Source: Prochlorococcus sp. AG-409-J03 (GTDB lineage Bacteria > Cyanobacteriota > Cyanobacteriia > PCC-6307 > Cyanobiaceae). From it: a DNA stretch of 64,000 nt. The stretch spans positions 18,074 through 82,073 of the forward strand of contig QCJZ01000002.1 in the NCBI GenBank assembly GCA_003215695.1, written 5' to 3'. How positions within the stretch are numbered: position 1 is the stretch's first letter; each line of letters opens with the position of its first letter. Below, piece by piece: positions 51,223 to 61,521 of the stretch. Made by a program: the position numbers and the translations under genes. The notes beneath the pieces were generated by a model that saw only the letters and a list, made by a program, of their open reading frames with translations, was not told the origin of the DNA and did not search any database.

Positions 51223-52518
51223 ATGAAGAGAGTACTTGCCATTATTCTTGGCGGTGGAAAGGGATCACGCCTATATCCATTAACGAAAATGAGGGCAAAA
51301 CCCGCTGTTCCTTTGGCGGGTAAATATCGATTAATAGATATTCCTATAAGTAATTGCATAAATTCGGACATCAGTAAAATGTATGTTCTTACGCAATTCA
51401 ATAGTGCTTCACTAAATAGGCATATTTCCCAAACTTATAATCTCAGCGGACCTTTTGGTCAAGGGTTTGTTGAGGTTTTAGCAGCTCAGCAGACACCAGA
51501 AACACCATCATGGTTTGAAGGAACTGCTGATGCCGTCAGAAAATATCAATGGCTTTTTCAGGAGTGGGATGTTGATGAATATTTGATTCTTTCTGGAGAT
51601 CAGCTTTATCGCATGGATTACAGCTTATTTGTCGAACAGCATAGAAAAACGGGTGCAGATTTAACCGTTGCAGCCTTGCCAGTTGATTCAGCTCAAGCTG
51701 AAGCATTTGGTTTGATGCGCACTGATGAATCTGGAAATATTAAGGAATTTCGTGAAAAACCTACAGGCGATTCTTTGAAAGCCATGGCTGTGGATACTTC
51801 AAGATTTGGTTTGGAAGAAAGAGAGGCTAAAGAAAAACCTTACTTAGCTTCAATGGGTATTTATGTTTTTAGTCGTTCTACTCTTTTTGACTTATTAAAT
51901 AAATTTCCTTCCTACACAGATTTTGGAAAAGAAATCATTCCTGAAGCTTTAGGAAGAGGAGACAAGCTCAAGAGTTATGTTTTTAATGATTACTGGGAGG
52001 ATATTGGAACTATTGGTGCATTTTTTGAATCAAATTTAGCGTTAACTCAACAACCAACTCCACCATTTAGTTTTTATGATGAGAAGTTCCCTATCTATAC
52101 AAGACCTAGATATCTTCCCCCTTCAAAAATCGTAGATACACAAATAACTGATTCAATCGTTTCCGAGGGATCAATCCTTAAATCATGTAGCATTCATCAT
52201 TGTGTTTTAGGAGTTAGGAGTCGCATTGAAAGTGACGTTGTTCTAAATGAAACTCTAGTTATGGGATCTGATTTTTATGAGTCTTATGAAGAGAGAATAG
52301 CTCTAAGAAATGGGGGAGGCATCCCCTTAGGTGTTGGGCAGGGAACAACAGTTAAAAGAGCGATCCTCGATAAAAATGCTCGAATAGGTAACAATGTGAC
52401 GATAGTCAATAAAGACAATGTTGAAGAAGCTGATCGAGCTGATCAAGGCTTTTATATTCGAAATGGAATAGTAGTCATTGTCAAAAATGCCACAATTCCT
52501 GATGGAACTATTATTTGA
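51223..52518 (+). CDS. glgC: Glucose-1-phosphate adenylyltransferase
   Basis: [37 protein letters not shown]. Confidence 0.97.
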   Translation: MKRVLAIILGGGKGSRLYPLTKMRAKPAVPLAGKYRLIDIPISNCINSDISKMYVLTQFNSASLNRHISQTYNLSGPFGQGFVEVLAAQQTPETPSWFEGTADAVRKYQWLFQEWDVDEYLILSGDQLYRMDYSLFVEQHRKTGADLTVAALPVDSAQAEAFGLMRTDESGNIKEFREKPTGDSLKAMAVDTSRFGLEEREAKEKPYLASMGIYVFSRSTLFDLLNKFPSYTDFGKEIIPEALGRGDKLKSYVFNDYWEDIGTIGAFFESNLALTQQPTPPFSFYDEKFPIYTRPRYLPPSKIVDTQITDSIVSEGSILKSCSIHHCVLGVRSRIESDVVLNETLVMGSDFYESYEERIALRNGGGIPLGVGQGTTVKRAILDKNARIGNNVTIVNKDNVEEADRADQGFYIRNGIVVIVKNATIPDGTII

Positions 52519-52679
52519 TTTTTATTTAATGTTCTAGAAATTTAATAAGCCTAGCTTTTTCAATATTTTATTATCAAATATTTTTTGAAAGAATCCTTCA
52601 TTCCTGACATTGGGCCCTTTAATGCAGCGAAATTATTTCCTAGTAGTCACACTAACTCAAGTATAAGCTTATTAACTTA

Positions 52680-54098
52680 ATGGCCAAGGCACATTTTGGA
52701 TTAGTCGGTCTTGGAGTAATGGGAGAGAACCTTGTTCTTAATGCGGAGCGAAATGGTTTTTCTAGTGTGGTCTATAACCGTACTTATCAAAAAACAGAAG
52801 ATTTTCTTTTAGGAAGAGGAGTGAATAAATCAATTCAAGGAGCTAAGGATCTTCGAGAATTTGTATCAAAGTTGGAACGCCCAAGAAGAGTATTGATGAT
52901 GGTTAAAGCTGGATCTGCAACTGATGCTGTCATTAATCAAATTTCTCCTTTCCTCGAAGAAGGAGATTTGCTTATCGATGGAGGAAATGCTCAATTTAAG
53001 GATACAGAACGAAGAGTTAAAGACCTTGAGAGTAAAAGTTTTGGATATATCGGGATGGGTGTTTCAGGTGGAGCAAAAGGGGCATTGGAAGGACCTAGTA
53101 TGATGCCTGGTGGGACAAAGACTTCTTACGACGCAATAGAGAGTTTGTTAAACAAAATGGCGGCGCAGGTTGAAGATGGAGCTTGCGTGACTTATATCGG
53201 CCCAGGGGGAGCAGGACATTTTGTTAAGACAGTTCACAATGGAATTGAATATGGTATTGAACAGATTTTGGCTGAAGCGTATGACCTGATGAAGAGAGTT
53301 TGTGGAATGAGCGGTGATGAGATGGCCTCCGTTATGGGCTATTGGAATAAAACCGAAGAACTATCTTCCTATCTTGTTGAAATTACTGAGGCATGTTTAC
53401 GAGTTAAGGATCCAGAAGACAGTTCAGATCTTGTTGAAAAGATAATGGATAAAGCGGGTCAAAAAGGTACTGGTTTATGGACAGTTGTCAGCGCACTTGA
53501 ACTTGGAGCTTCTGTCCCAACTATTTATGCATCTTTGAATGGAAGGGTTATGAGCTCGATGAAAGATCAACGAAAGTATGCAGAAACAATTTTGAATGGA
53601 AATAAGCCTTCGTTTGTTGATCTTGGAAAGCCTTCAGATGGTATGCCTTTGTTAATGGATGCAGTTGTATTGGCTACAATAGCGAGCTATGCACAAGGTA
53701 TGGACATTTTACGACTCGCTTCTGATGAATATAATTACGATCTTGATATGCCCTCCATAGCGCAAATTTGGAAAGGTGGTTGTATAATAAGATCTACTCT
53801 CTTGAGTCGTATACAAGATGCATTTAAAAAAGATCCAAAGTTAAGCAATCTTATTCTAGATAGTTGGTTTACTGATCAGGTGAATAATCGTCTCTCTGGA
53901 TTAACGCAGGTGGTTTCTGTGGCTGTTCATGCTGGTATTCCAGTGCCTTGCCTTAGTAGTACACTTGATTATTTAAATAGTTTTAGAACTTCTAGACTGC
54001 CTCAAAACTTGGTCCAGGCAATGAGAGACTGCTTTGGCTCCCATACCTATGAGCGTGTAGACAAAGCCGGATCTTTCCATACTGAATGGACTGACTGA
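52680..54098 (+). CDS. gnd: 6-phosphogluconate dehydrogenase
   Basis: GLGVMG, KTVHNGIEY, QKGTG, RDCFGSHTY. Confidence 0.97.
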   Translation: MAKAHFGLVGLGVMGENLVLNAERNGFSSVVYNRTYQKTEDFLLGRGVNKSIQGAKDLREFVSKLERPRRVLMMVKAGSATDAVINQISPFLEEGDLLIDGGNAQFKDTERRVKDLESKSFGYIGMGVSGGAKGALEGPSMMPGGTKTSYDAIESLLNKMAAQVEDGACVTYIGPGGAGHFVKTVHNGIEYGIEQILAEAYDLMKRVCGMSGDEMASVMGYWNKTEELSSYLVEITEACLRVKDPEDSSDLVEKIMDKAGQKGTGLWTVVSALELGASVPTIYASLNGRVMSSMKDQRKYAETILNGNKPSFVDLGKPSDGMPLLMDAVVLATIASYAQGMDILRLASDEYNYDLDMPSIAQIWKGGCIIRSTLLSRIQDAFKKDPKLSNLILDSWFTDQVNNRLSGLTQVVSVAVHAGIPVPCLSSTLDYLNSFRTSRLPQNLVQAMRDCFGSHTYERVDKAGSFHTEWTD

Positions 54099-54103
54099 TA
54101 TCA

Positions 54104-54820
54104 ATGACTAAATATGAAATCCAAGTTTCAGAAGACAAAAGTTCTCTTGCTCTTTCTGCTTCTGATTTGATTGCTCAGGTTATTGAGTCAACCTTGAAAA
54201 ATAAAACAAGGGCTAAAATTGCTCTTTGTGGCGGATCTACCCCAAAGTCTGCTTATACTTTATTAGGTAAAAAAAATATTGATTGGACGAAAGTCGATTT
54301 GTTTCTCGGAGATGAAAGATGGGTTGACAGTGGTTCGCAAGATAGTAATTGTTTTTTATTGAACAATTCATTGTTTATAGAAGGGAATCCTGCTCTAAAG
54401 GCATCATTTTTTAGTGTCTCAACTGTTGAATTAGCCTCGCCAGAGGATAGTGCTAAAGATTATGAAAAAATTTTGAAGAAGAATTTTGATGAGGATCCAC
54501 CAAGATTTGATTTGATTTTATTGGGCTTGGGGGATGATGGTCATACAGCCTCCCTCTTTCCTGGATCGGATTCATTATTTGAAAGAGATAGCCTAATAAC
54601 TGTTGGTGAAGGTAAAGGTTATAAAAGAATTACTTTTACCAGTAAACTGCTCAGTTCTGCAGATAATGTGGTCTTCCTAATCAGTGGATCTGCGAAACAA
54701 ACCGCTCTTAAGCGTCTACTTGATCAATCTGAATCATGGGAGCGAACTCCTGCAAAATTAGTTGCACCAAATTCTGAAATTATTATTTTGGCTGATAAAC
54801 ATGCTTACCCATCTTTATAG
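54104..54820 (+). CDS. pgl: 6-phosphogluconolactonase
   Basis: GGSTP, GDERWV, LGLGDDGHTASLFP. Confidence 0.95.
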   Translation: MTKYEIQVSEDKSSLALSASDLIAQVIESTLKNKTRAKIALCGGSTPKSAYTLLGKKNIDWTKVDLFLGDERWVDSGSQDSNCFLLNNSLFIEGNPALKASFFSVSTVELASPEDSAKDYEKILKKNFDEDPPRFDLILLGLGDDGHTASLFPGSDSLFERDSLITVGEGKGYKRITFTSKLLSSADNVVFLISGSAKQTALKRLLDQSESWERTPAKLVAPNSEIIILADKHAYPSL

Positions 54821-54855
54821 GTAGATTATTGTATGAGTAGAGAAGTACTTTTAAA

Positions 54856-55431
54856 TTGTTTCCTGATTCGCCACCGACTCAAATTTCAATAACTCCTCTC
54901 ATACAGGGTTCAGACTTTTCAGGTTGGAAATCACTGAATGACACAATTATGGGTGGATCAAGTCTTGCAAATTGTCGTTCTTCTGAGAAAGGCTTATTTC
55001 TTGAAGGTAACTTGGTAGAAGAAGGTGGAGGCTTTGTTAGTTGTCGATCTCCAATTTTTGAAAAACCTTTTGATCTTTCCAAATATTCTGGGTTAATTCT
55101 TGACGTTGAAGGAGAAGGGAGAACGTTGAAATTTGCGATAGCTTGTGAAAAGAAACCTTTATCACTATCAAATCTTTTAAAAGGTGATATCCGTTGGGTT
55201 GCGTCAGTACCTACTAAGAAAAATGGAGCTAGTAGAATTAAAATACCTTTCAAAGATTTGGAACCGGCTCGTCGAGCAAAGCCTGTTCGACTACCTCTTA
55301 GTTTTGATGCCACATGTATTAATCGATTTCAGATACTTCATTCAAAATTTGGCCAACCAGGCAAAATGAATTCAGGATTTTTTGCTGGGCCTATCAAAAT
55401 CTTAATTAAGTCAATTAGTGCATACTCCTGA
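54856..55431 (+). CDS. CIA30 family protein
   Basis: LNDTIMGGSS, GGGFVSCR, HSKF. Confidence 0.88.
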   Translation: MFPDSPPTQISITPLIQGSDFSGWKSLNDTIMGGSSLANCRSSEKGLFLEGNLVEEGGGFVSCRSPIFEKPFDLSKYSGLILDVEGEGRTLKFAIACEKKPLSLSNLLKGDIRWVASVPTKKNGASRIKIPFKDLEPARRAKPVRLPLSFDATCINRFQILHSKFGQPGKMNSGFFAGPIKILIKSISAYS

Positions 55432-55813
55432 TTTGAAAAATAGCTTGATAGCTGAAGTCGCCAAAGCGGCAGATATTTGTATGAAGCCATATGTTCATTC
55501 TGTCTTTTTAGAAAATCAATTAAATGATGATAATGAGCTTGATGATTTGATTTTTAAAATTCAATGTAGAAATATAGATGGCGAAAGAGAAGAAACTATG
55601 GATATTGAACTTGAAGTTTATAAAAGTGGGAATGAGGTAAATATGACTATAGCTTGGAAATCTTTAATTGATAGGCCAATATTATGGCAAGGGAAGCATG
55701 CTGTTTGGATGGATAGCTCTTCTGGTGTTCAATGCGAAATGCCTTCATATGGAAAGCTTTTTGAGACGCTGGCAAGAAGACTTAGGACGGTTTTTAAGTC
55801 TTCATTGACCTGA
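55418..55813 (+). CDS. Conserved hypothetical protein
   Basis: 131 aa; ELEVYKSG, PILWQGKHAVWMD. Confidence 0.75.
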   Translation: MHTPDLKNSLIAEVAKAADICMKPYVHSVFLENQLNDDNELDDLIFKIQCRNIDGEREETMDIELEVYKSGNEVNMTIAWKSLIDRPILWQGKHAVWMDSSSGVQCEMPSYGKLFETLARRLRTVFKSSLT

Positions 55814-55814
55814 A

Positions 55815-57485
55815 CTATATTTGATCGGTTGTGGCTCCTTGGCTTGATGAACTTACTAATCTGGAATACTTTCCAAGAATGCCATTCTTATATCTAGGCT
55901 TTGGTTTCACCCAATTCTCTCTCCTTCTATCTAGTTCTCGTTCTTCGACATTCAATTGAATTAACAATTTATTGGCGTCAATGGTAATACTGTCTCCTTC
56001 CTCTACTAATCCAATTGTTCCTCCAACGGCTGCTTCTGGAGCAACGTGGCCAACCACTAATCCATATGATCCGCCACTAAATCGGCCGTCAGTAATTAGT
56101 GCAACTTTCTCTCCCAAGCCTTGACCCACAATTGCTGAAGTGGGAGAGAGCATTTCCCTCATTCCTGGTCCTCCTACAGGCCCTTCATATCTAACGACTA
56201 CAACATCTCCAGCTTTAACTTTATTGTCTAGAATTGCAGTTAAGCATTCCTCTTCACTTTCAAAAACCCTTGCGGGCCCAGTTAAAACAGGAGTTTTTAC
56301 ACCACTAATTTTCGCCACACTTCCTTCACTAGCTAAATTTCCTTTAAGAATAGCTAAATGTCCTTTTTTATAAATAGGATTTGTTATTGGTCTAATAACA
56401 TCTTGATTCTCTTTGGGCTTTGAGGGGATATCAGCAAGAACTTCTTCAATTGTTTTACCTTCAATAGTTTTGCATTCTCCATGGAGCATTCCTGCCTCAA
56501 GGAGTAATTTCATTACTTGAGGTATCCCCCCAGCTTGATGAAGGTCTACAGTTACGTATTTACCGCTTGGCTTGAGGTCGCAAATTACAGGAACAGTTTG
56601 TCTTATACGTTCAAAGTCATCGATTGTTAAATCAACTCCTGCAGTCCTCGCAATGGCAAGTAGGTGAAGGACAGAATTTGTTGAGCCACCAACAGCCATG
56701 ATGACACTGATTGCATTCTCAAAGGCTTTTTTTGTGAGTAAATCTAATGGCCTTATGTTGTTCTTAACTGCATTGACAAGCACCTGAGCACTTTTAGCAG
56801 CGCTTTCTGCTTTTTCATCATCTACAGCAGCCATTGTTGAACTAAATGGCAAACTAAAACCCATCGTTTCAATTGCCGCAGACATGGTGTTTGCAGTAAA
56901 CATGCCACCACAACTACCAGGACCTGGGATGGCATTCTTTTCTACTGCTATTAAACGTTCTTCATCGATTTTTCCACTTGTTAATTGACCGACAGCTTCA
57001 AAAGAACTAACTACTGTTAGGTCGCAACCGTCTAATTTCCCAGGCTTAATTGTTCCTCCATATACAAAAATTGAAGGTATATTCATTCTTGCCATTGATA
57101 ACATTGCGCCGGGCATGTTCTTGTCGCATCCACCAATTGCTAATACACCATCCATGCTTTGAGCATTGCAAGCTGTCTCAATTGCGTCTGCAATAACTTC
57201 TCTTGAAACTAATGAATATTTCATCCCTTCTGTTCCCATAGAGATGCCATCACTAACAGTTATGGTTCCGAATGTTTGAGGCATTGCACCAGCCTCTTTT
57301 AAAGCGGCCTCAGCTCTATTAGCCAGGTCCATCAATCCCATATTGCATGGGGTTATTGTGCTGTGACCATTAGCTATTCCAATGATTGGCTTGTTAAAAT
57401 CATCATCATCAAAGCCAACAGCTCTTAGCATTGCCCTGTTCGGTGACCGTTGAATACCCTGTGTTATTGCATTTGATCTAAGCAT
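55815..57485 (-). CDS. ilvD: Dihydroxy-acid dehydratase
   Basis: [36 protein letters not shown]. Confidence 0.97.
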   Translation of the reverse strand: MLRSNAITQGIQRSPNRAMLRAVGFDDDDFNKPIIGIANGHSTITPCNMGLMDLANRAEAALKEAGAMPQTFGTITVSDGISMGTEGMKYSLVSREVIADAIETACNAQSMDGVLAIGGCDKNMPGAMLSMARMNIPSIFVYGGTIKPGKLDGCDLTVVSSFEAVGQLTSGKIDEERLIAVEKNAIPGPGSCGGMFTANTMSAAIETMGFSLPFSSTMAAVDDEKAESAAKSAQVLVNAVKNNIRPLDLLTKKAFENAISVIMAVGGSTNSVLHLLAIARTAGVDLTIDDFERIRQTVPVICDLKPSGKYVTVDLHQAGGIPQVMKLLLEAGMLHGECKTIEGKTIEEVLADIPSKPKENQDVIRPITNPIYKKGHLAILKGNLASEGSVAKISGVKTPVLTGPARVFESEEECLTAILDNKVKAGDVVVVRYEGPVGGPGMREMLSPTSAIVGQGLGEKVALITDGRFSGGSYGLVVGHVAPEAAVGGTIGLVEEGDSITIDANKLLIQLNVEERELDRRRENWVKPKPRYKNGILGKYSRLVSSSSQGATTDQI

Positions 57486-57518
57486 TTGATTTCTATTTAA
57501 TTGTTTTAAAAATTAGAA

Positions 57519-57818
57519 TTAATTTGAAGATCCCAGGTCTTCTAATTGTTTACGAACGTCTGCTATTGCGGAATTAAGCTGTTCAACACGTTGTTCAAGG
57601 TGCTCATTACTTTGATTCCCTTCTGTATTTGATTCTAATTCAGTTGCCTCAGAACCATCTTGAATTCTTGGTGCATAAAGCATTGCTTTTTGCTTCCTGG
57701 TTTCTTGCCTTTTTTCTGCTTCAGAAAGCAACCACCAAGCTAGACCTGCAGCTCCTAGTACGGCACCACTAATTAATGATGCCAAACTCCCTGAATTTGA
57801 ATCTCGGTATTGGCTCAT
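57519..57818 (-). CDS. Conserved hypothetical protein (TM + coiled coil)
   Basis: GAVLGAAGLAWWLL, EQRVEQLNSAIADVRKQLE. Confidence 0.8.
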   Translation of the reverse strand: MSQYRDSNSGSLASLISGAVLGAAGLAWWLLSEAEKRQETRKQKAMLYAPRIQDGSEATELESNTEGNQSNEHLEQRVEQLNSAIADVRKQLEDLGSSN

Positions 57819-57842
57819 AACTTTGAATAACTTCTTTAAATG

Positions 57843-58460
57843 CTAGTCCGATGAGGTGACTCTGGTTTTGATACGTAATGATGGATTACCAATTCCTGGA
57901 GATAGTTCATTTTCTGATATTAATTCAGGATCTATGCAAGCACAATAAATATTCAAATCTTGAATATTTTCGCCGATTTCTTTAAGCCCTTGATTTGCGG
58001 CTAATACCGTAATCACTCTTATCCTTCTAGCATCAATATTTTTATCTTTAAGATCATTTAAATCTTTTAAAAGTTGTTTACCGGTTGTTATTTGATCTAT
58101 GTAAAAAATAATTCCTGCATTTTCTTCAATTTCTTTAGGTAGCCCGCCAATACATAAATTTGAATTCGGAATTAAATTTCTAGCACCTCTGAAGAGCTCA
58201 AGCCCTGCAGGCAAATATGGAATTGCCATAATAGGAATATTTGGATCAATAATTGAGCATTCAGTTACTCCTATTGAAGTGGTGATCTGTTCTTTTTTTC
58301 TTGGGATCCAATCTCTCAGAGCTTCATAAGTGAGCCAGGTGCCAAGTTGTTCTAGACCTGTTGCATAAAGAATTTCTGGGGTAGTAGGGTTCCTTAAAAT
58401 AGTTAACCAATGTGATATGAGTGGGTGAGGAGGAACTATTACTCTTAAGCTCATTGACAT
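57843..58460 (-). CDS. upp: Uracil phosphoribosyltransferase-like protein
   Basis: VPPHPLISHWLT, WLTYEALRDW, PGIG; PRPP motif degenerate. Confidence 0.8.
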   Translation of the reverse strand: MSMSLRVIVPPHPLISHWLTILRNPTTPEILYATGLEQLGTWLTYEALRDWIPRKKEQITTSIGVTECSIIDPNIPIMAIPYLPAGLELFRGARNLIPNSNLCIGGLPKEIEENAGIIFYIDQITTGKQLLKDLNDLKDKNIDARRIRVITVLAANQGLKEIGENIQDLNIYCACIDPELISENELSPGIGNPSLRIKTRVTSSD

Positions 58461-58531
58461 GATTCATTCTTGGCCTTATTTGCCATAACGTGAATAATTA
58501 AATTACCTGTTAAAAGTCCTTTTAAGCTCCA

Positions 58532-59044
58532 ATGAACAAAAAAACTTCTTTCATCTCTCATTTTAAAGCAATTGTTTTAACTGTATTTCTTATCTTCGTT
58601 TTTATATTCCCTGCTCAAAGAGTTTTCGCTAGAACGCCTGCTGAGATTCGCAATCAAGAAGAACTTAATATTTCACAAGACATGTCAAGTCAGGACTTAA
58701 GTGGAAATGATTTCGTAAAACTAGATCTTAAAGGAATAAATTTTAGTGAATCTAACCTTACTGGTGCAGTTTTTAACAACAGCAAATTGAATAATGCGGA
58801 TATGCATGGTGCACAATTAACTGATGCATTGGCATATGCGACTGATTTCGAAGGAGCTGATTTAAGGGACGTCGACTTTAATGGTGCACTTTTGATGGAA
58901 AGTACTTTTACTAATTCTCTTATTGACGGAGCAGATTTTACTGATGCAGTAATTAGTAGAATACAGCAAAAAGAATTATGTTCTATGGCATCTGGAACAA
59001 ACTCAAAGACTGGGGAGGATACAAGCTATAGTCTTGGTTGCTGA
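58532..59044 (+). CDS. Pentapeptide repeat protein (exported/lumenal)
   Basis: Signal peptide, A(D/N)L repeats, C-terminal LC..TSYSLGC. Confidence 0.9.
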   Translation: MNKKTSFISHFKAIVLTVFLIFVFIFPAQRVFARTPAEIRNQEELNISQDMSSQDLSGNDFVKLDLKGINFSESNLTGAVFNNSKLNNADMHGAQLTDALAYATDFEGADLRDVDFNGALLMESTFTNSLIDGADFTDAVISRIQQKELCSMASGTNSKTGEDTSYSLGC

Positions 59045-59061
59045 TATGTTGAAAAATAAAA

Positions 59062-60117
59062 ATGAGTAATAGTCGTCTACCGGTAACTGTAGTTACAGGA
59101 TTCTTAGGCTCTGGCAAAACAACACTCTTGAGGCATCTTTTAGGTGAAGCTCATCAACGTCTAGCAGTAGTTGTTAATGAATTTGGAACAGTAGGCTTAG
59201 ATGGAGATCTTTTAAAAAACTGTGGTTTTTGCCCTGATGATCAAGTAGATGAAAGAATAGTTGAATTGAATAATGGCTGTTTATGTTGCACTGTTCAAGA
59301 GGATTTCCTTCCTGCTATGGAAGCTTTGCTCCTTAGATCAAATCAGCTTGATGGAATCATTATTGAAACCAGTGGTCTTGCATTACCAAAGCCTTTATTG
59401 CAAGCTCTTAATTGGCCTGCAATAAGAAGTAAGGTTTTTATTAATGGAGTCGTAACATTGGTTGATGGAAATGCACTCTCAAATGGAAGTCCTGTAGGTG
59501 ATTTAAAAAGTATTAATGAACAAATAATGAATGATAATAGTGTTGACCATTTAACTCCAATAAATGAGCTTTTTAGAGACCAATTGATTTCTGCTGATCT
59601 CGTTCTGATTAGTAGGTCTGATTTGCTCTCTGCAAAAGATTTTGCATTGGTTAGGGATGAGGTGAAAAAGCAAGGAAATCACACTACTAGTATTCTGCCA
59701 ATAGCTAATGGGAAAATTGAACCTTCATTAATTCTCGGTCTTAGCAATGAACAAAATAATATTTCTCGTCTTAATCAAAATGACCATGACCATGACCATG
59801 ACCATGACCATGACCATGACCATGACCATGTTGATGTAATTAGTGAGCATTTAAGATTCGAATTCCCAATTGAGCAAGATGTATTGAGAGAAATACTTGT
59901 AAAACTTGTTCCGGAATATCAAATCCTTCGGTTAAAAGGGAGATGCTGGATAGAGGGTAAAGCTTTGCCTCTTCAGATCCAAATGGTTGGAACTAGATTT
60001 AATTCATGGTTTGAAAGCTCGAATGATGATTCATGGAAACCTTCTAGGGGTGGGCTTGATTTGGTCTGTTTGAGTCTTAAAGGCGGAGTTGAAAAAGCTT
60101 TTGAACGCTCTTTTTAA
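59062..60117 (+). CDS. cobW: CobW / COG0523 metal-chaperone GTPase
   Basis: GFLGSGKTT, NEFG, GCLCC, ETSGLA, His-rich tract, LRLKG. Confidence 0.9.
   Translation: MSNSRLPVTVVTGFLGSGKTTLLRHLLGEAHQRLAVVVNEFGTVGLDGDLLKNCGFCPDDQVDERIVELNNGCLCCTVQEDFLPAMEALLLRSNQLDGIIIETSGLALPKPLLQALNWPAIRSKVFINGVVTLVDGNALSNGSPVGDLKSINEQIMNDNSVDHLTPINELFRDQLISADLVLISRSDLLSAKDFALVRDEVKKQGNHTTSILPIANGKIEPSLILGLSNEQNNISRLNQNDHDHDHDHDHDHDHDHVDVISEHLRFEFPIEQDVLREILVKLVPEYQILRLKGRCWIEGKALPLQIQMVGTRFNSWFESSNDDSWKPSRGGLDLVCLSLKGGVEKAFERSF
59782..59829 (+). repeat. Perfect hexamer microsatellite (GACCAT)x8 encoding (Asp-His)8
   Basis: Eight identical copies, counted directly. Confidence 0.95.
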
Positions 60118-60207
60118 TTAATCGGTTCAAATTATTATATTTATATTAAAAATAGGTTGTTTTTTTGTATATTTCCGCGATTCTTTATTAATTAAGAGAT
60201 AATTCTC

Positions 60208-60414
60208 TTGCATCAAATTTTAAAAGTTTCTAATCCTACCGTTGTTGTGAGTAACGCAGTTTCCAGCAAAGAAAAAAATCAGGTTCAGAGTCTTCCCAAT
60301 ACTTTGAATATAAGAACATGCGTTAAATGTGGTGGTAATGGTTATATGAAATCTAGCCCAAATTGTTATCACACTTGTCTGACATGCTTAGGTAAGGGCC
60401 TAATAAGTGAATAA
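60208..60414 (+). CDS. Small DnaJ-type zinc-finger protein
   Basis: Two CxxCxGxG motifs: CVKCGGNG and CLTCLGKG. Confidence 0.65.
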   Translation: MHQILKVSNPTVVVSNAVSSKEKNQVQSLPNTLNIRTCVKCGGNGYMKSSPNCYHTCLTCLGKGLISE

Positions 60415-60519
60415 ATTGAGAATATCAATTAGAAAATTATCAGATATTATCTACAATAAATTTCTAACCTTATTACTTGGGTTAACCAAGGAAAAGGAAA
60501 ACTACATTAATTTTTAAAA

Positions 60520-60792
60520 GTGTCTTTATTTAAAGCAAGAGTTTTTGTTCATTTAAGGCCTTCAGTTTTAGATCCTGCGGGAGAGGCTACGAGGTCAGCG
60601 ACTAAGAGATTAGGAATTGATGGTGTTACGCAGCTAAGAATTGGCAAATCTATTGAACTTGAAATCGAAGCTGCAAATAAAGACGATGCTCGATCTAAAA
60701 TTGAGATAATGAGTGATCGGTTGTTCGCAAACCCCGTAATTGAGGATTGGACTTTGGAATTTAAGGACGAACTGAAAGCACTTACAAACTAA
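60520..60792 (+). CDS. purS: FGAM synthase subunit PurS
   Basis: [21 protein letters not shown]. Confidence 0.95.
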   Translation: MSLFKARVFVHLRPSVLDPAGEATRSATKRLGIDGVTQLRIGKSIELEIEAANKDDARSKIEIMSDRLFANPVIEDWTLEFKDELKALTN

Positions 60793-60797
60793 AAAAG

Positions 60798-61451
60798 ATG
60801 AAAATAGGAATTATTGTATTTCCAGGATCGAATTGCGACAGGGATGTGAGGTGGGCTACTGAAGGACGCCTTGGAATTCCTACAAATTTTATATGGCATG
60901 AGACAACTGATTTAAGTGGTTATGACGCAATTGTTATCCCAGGGGGATTTAGTTACGGAGACTATTTACGTTGTGGAGCTATAGCAAGATTTGCACCTGC
61001 TTTAAATTCTTTAATCTCGTTTGTCGATAAAGGTGGAAAAGTTCTTGGTATTTGTAATGGGTTTCAAATACTTACTGAACTCGGTGTCTTGCAAGGAGCT
61101 TTGACAAGAAATAAGAATCTTCATTTTATTTGTGATAATGCAAATTTATCTATTGAAAGCACAAAATCATCTTGGATGAAAAATTACAAAAAACATGATT
61201 CTATTACATTACCTATAGCTCATGGAGAAGGTCGATATCAATGTAGCCCTGACGTTTTGAAAAAATTGCAGGATGATGATTCCGTTGCTCTTAGATATAC
61301 GGATAATCCAAATGGATCAATCCATGATATTGCTGCAATTACAAATAAAAAAGGAAATGTTTTGGGGATGATGCCACATCCTGAAAGAGCGAGTGATGAT
61401 GCTTTAGGCAATATTGATGGTCAGTTAATTCTGAGTACACTTCTTTCCTGA
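60798..61451 (+). CDS. purQ: FGAM synthase glutaminase subunit PurQ
   Basis: [31 protein letters not shown]. Confidence 0.97.
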   Translation: MKIGIIVFPGSNCDRDVRWATEGRLGIPTNFIWHETTDLSGYDAIVIPGGFSYGDYLRCGAIARFAPALNSLISFVDKGGKVLGICNGFQILTELGVLQGALTRNKNLHFICDNANLSIESTKSSWMKNYKKHDSITLPIAHGEGRYQCSPDVLKKLQDDDSVALRYTDNPNGSIHDIAAITNKKGNVLGMMPHPERASDDALGNIDGQLILSTLLS

Positions 61452-61471
61452 ATTTATATATTAAGGCATTA

Positions 61472-61507
61472 AAAAAGCTGCTATCCAAGAAGAGATAGCA
61501 GCTTTTT
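61472..61507. terminator. Bidirectional intrinsic terminator between purQ and the aldolase gene
   Basis: AAAAAGCTGCTATC-N8-GATAGCAGCTTTTT between convergent genes. Confidence 0.85.
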
Positions 61508-61521
61508 GTTGGTTTTTTAGC

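Noticed and set aside
59782-59829. Repeat array as CRISPR-like
   Set aside because: No spacers; it is an in-frame coding microsatellite.
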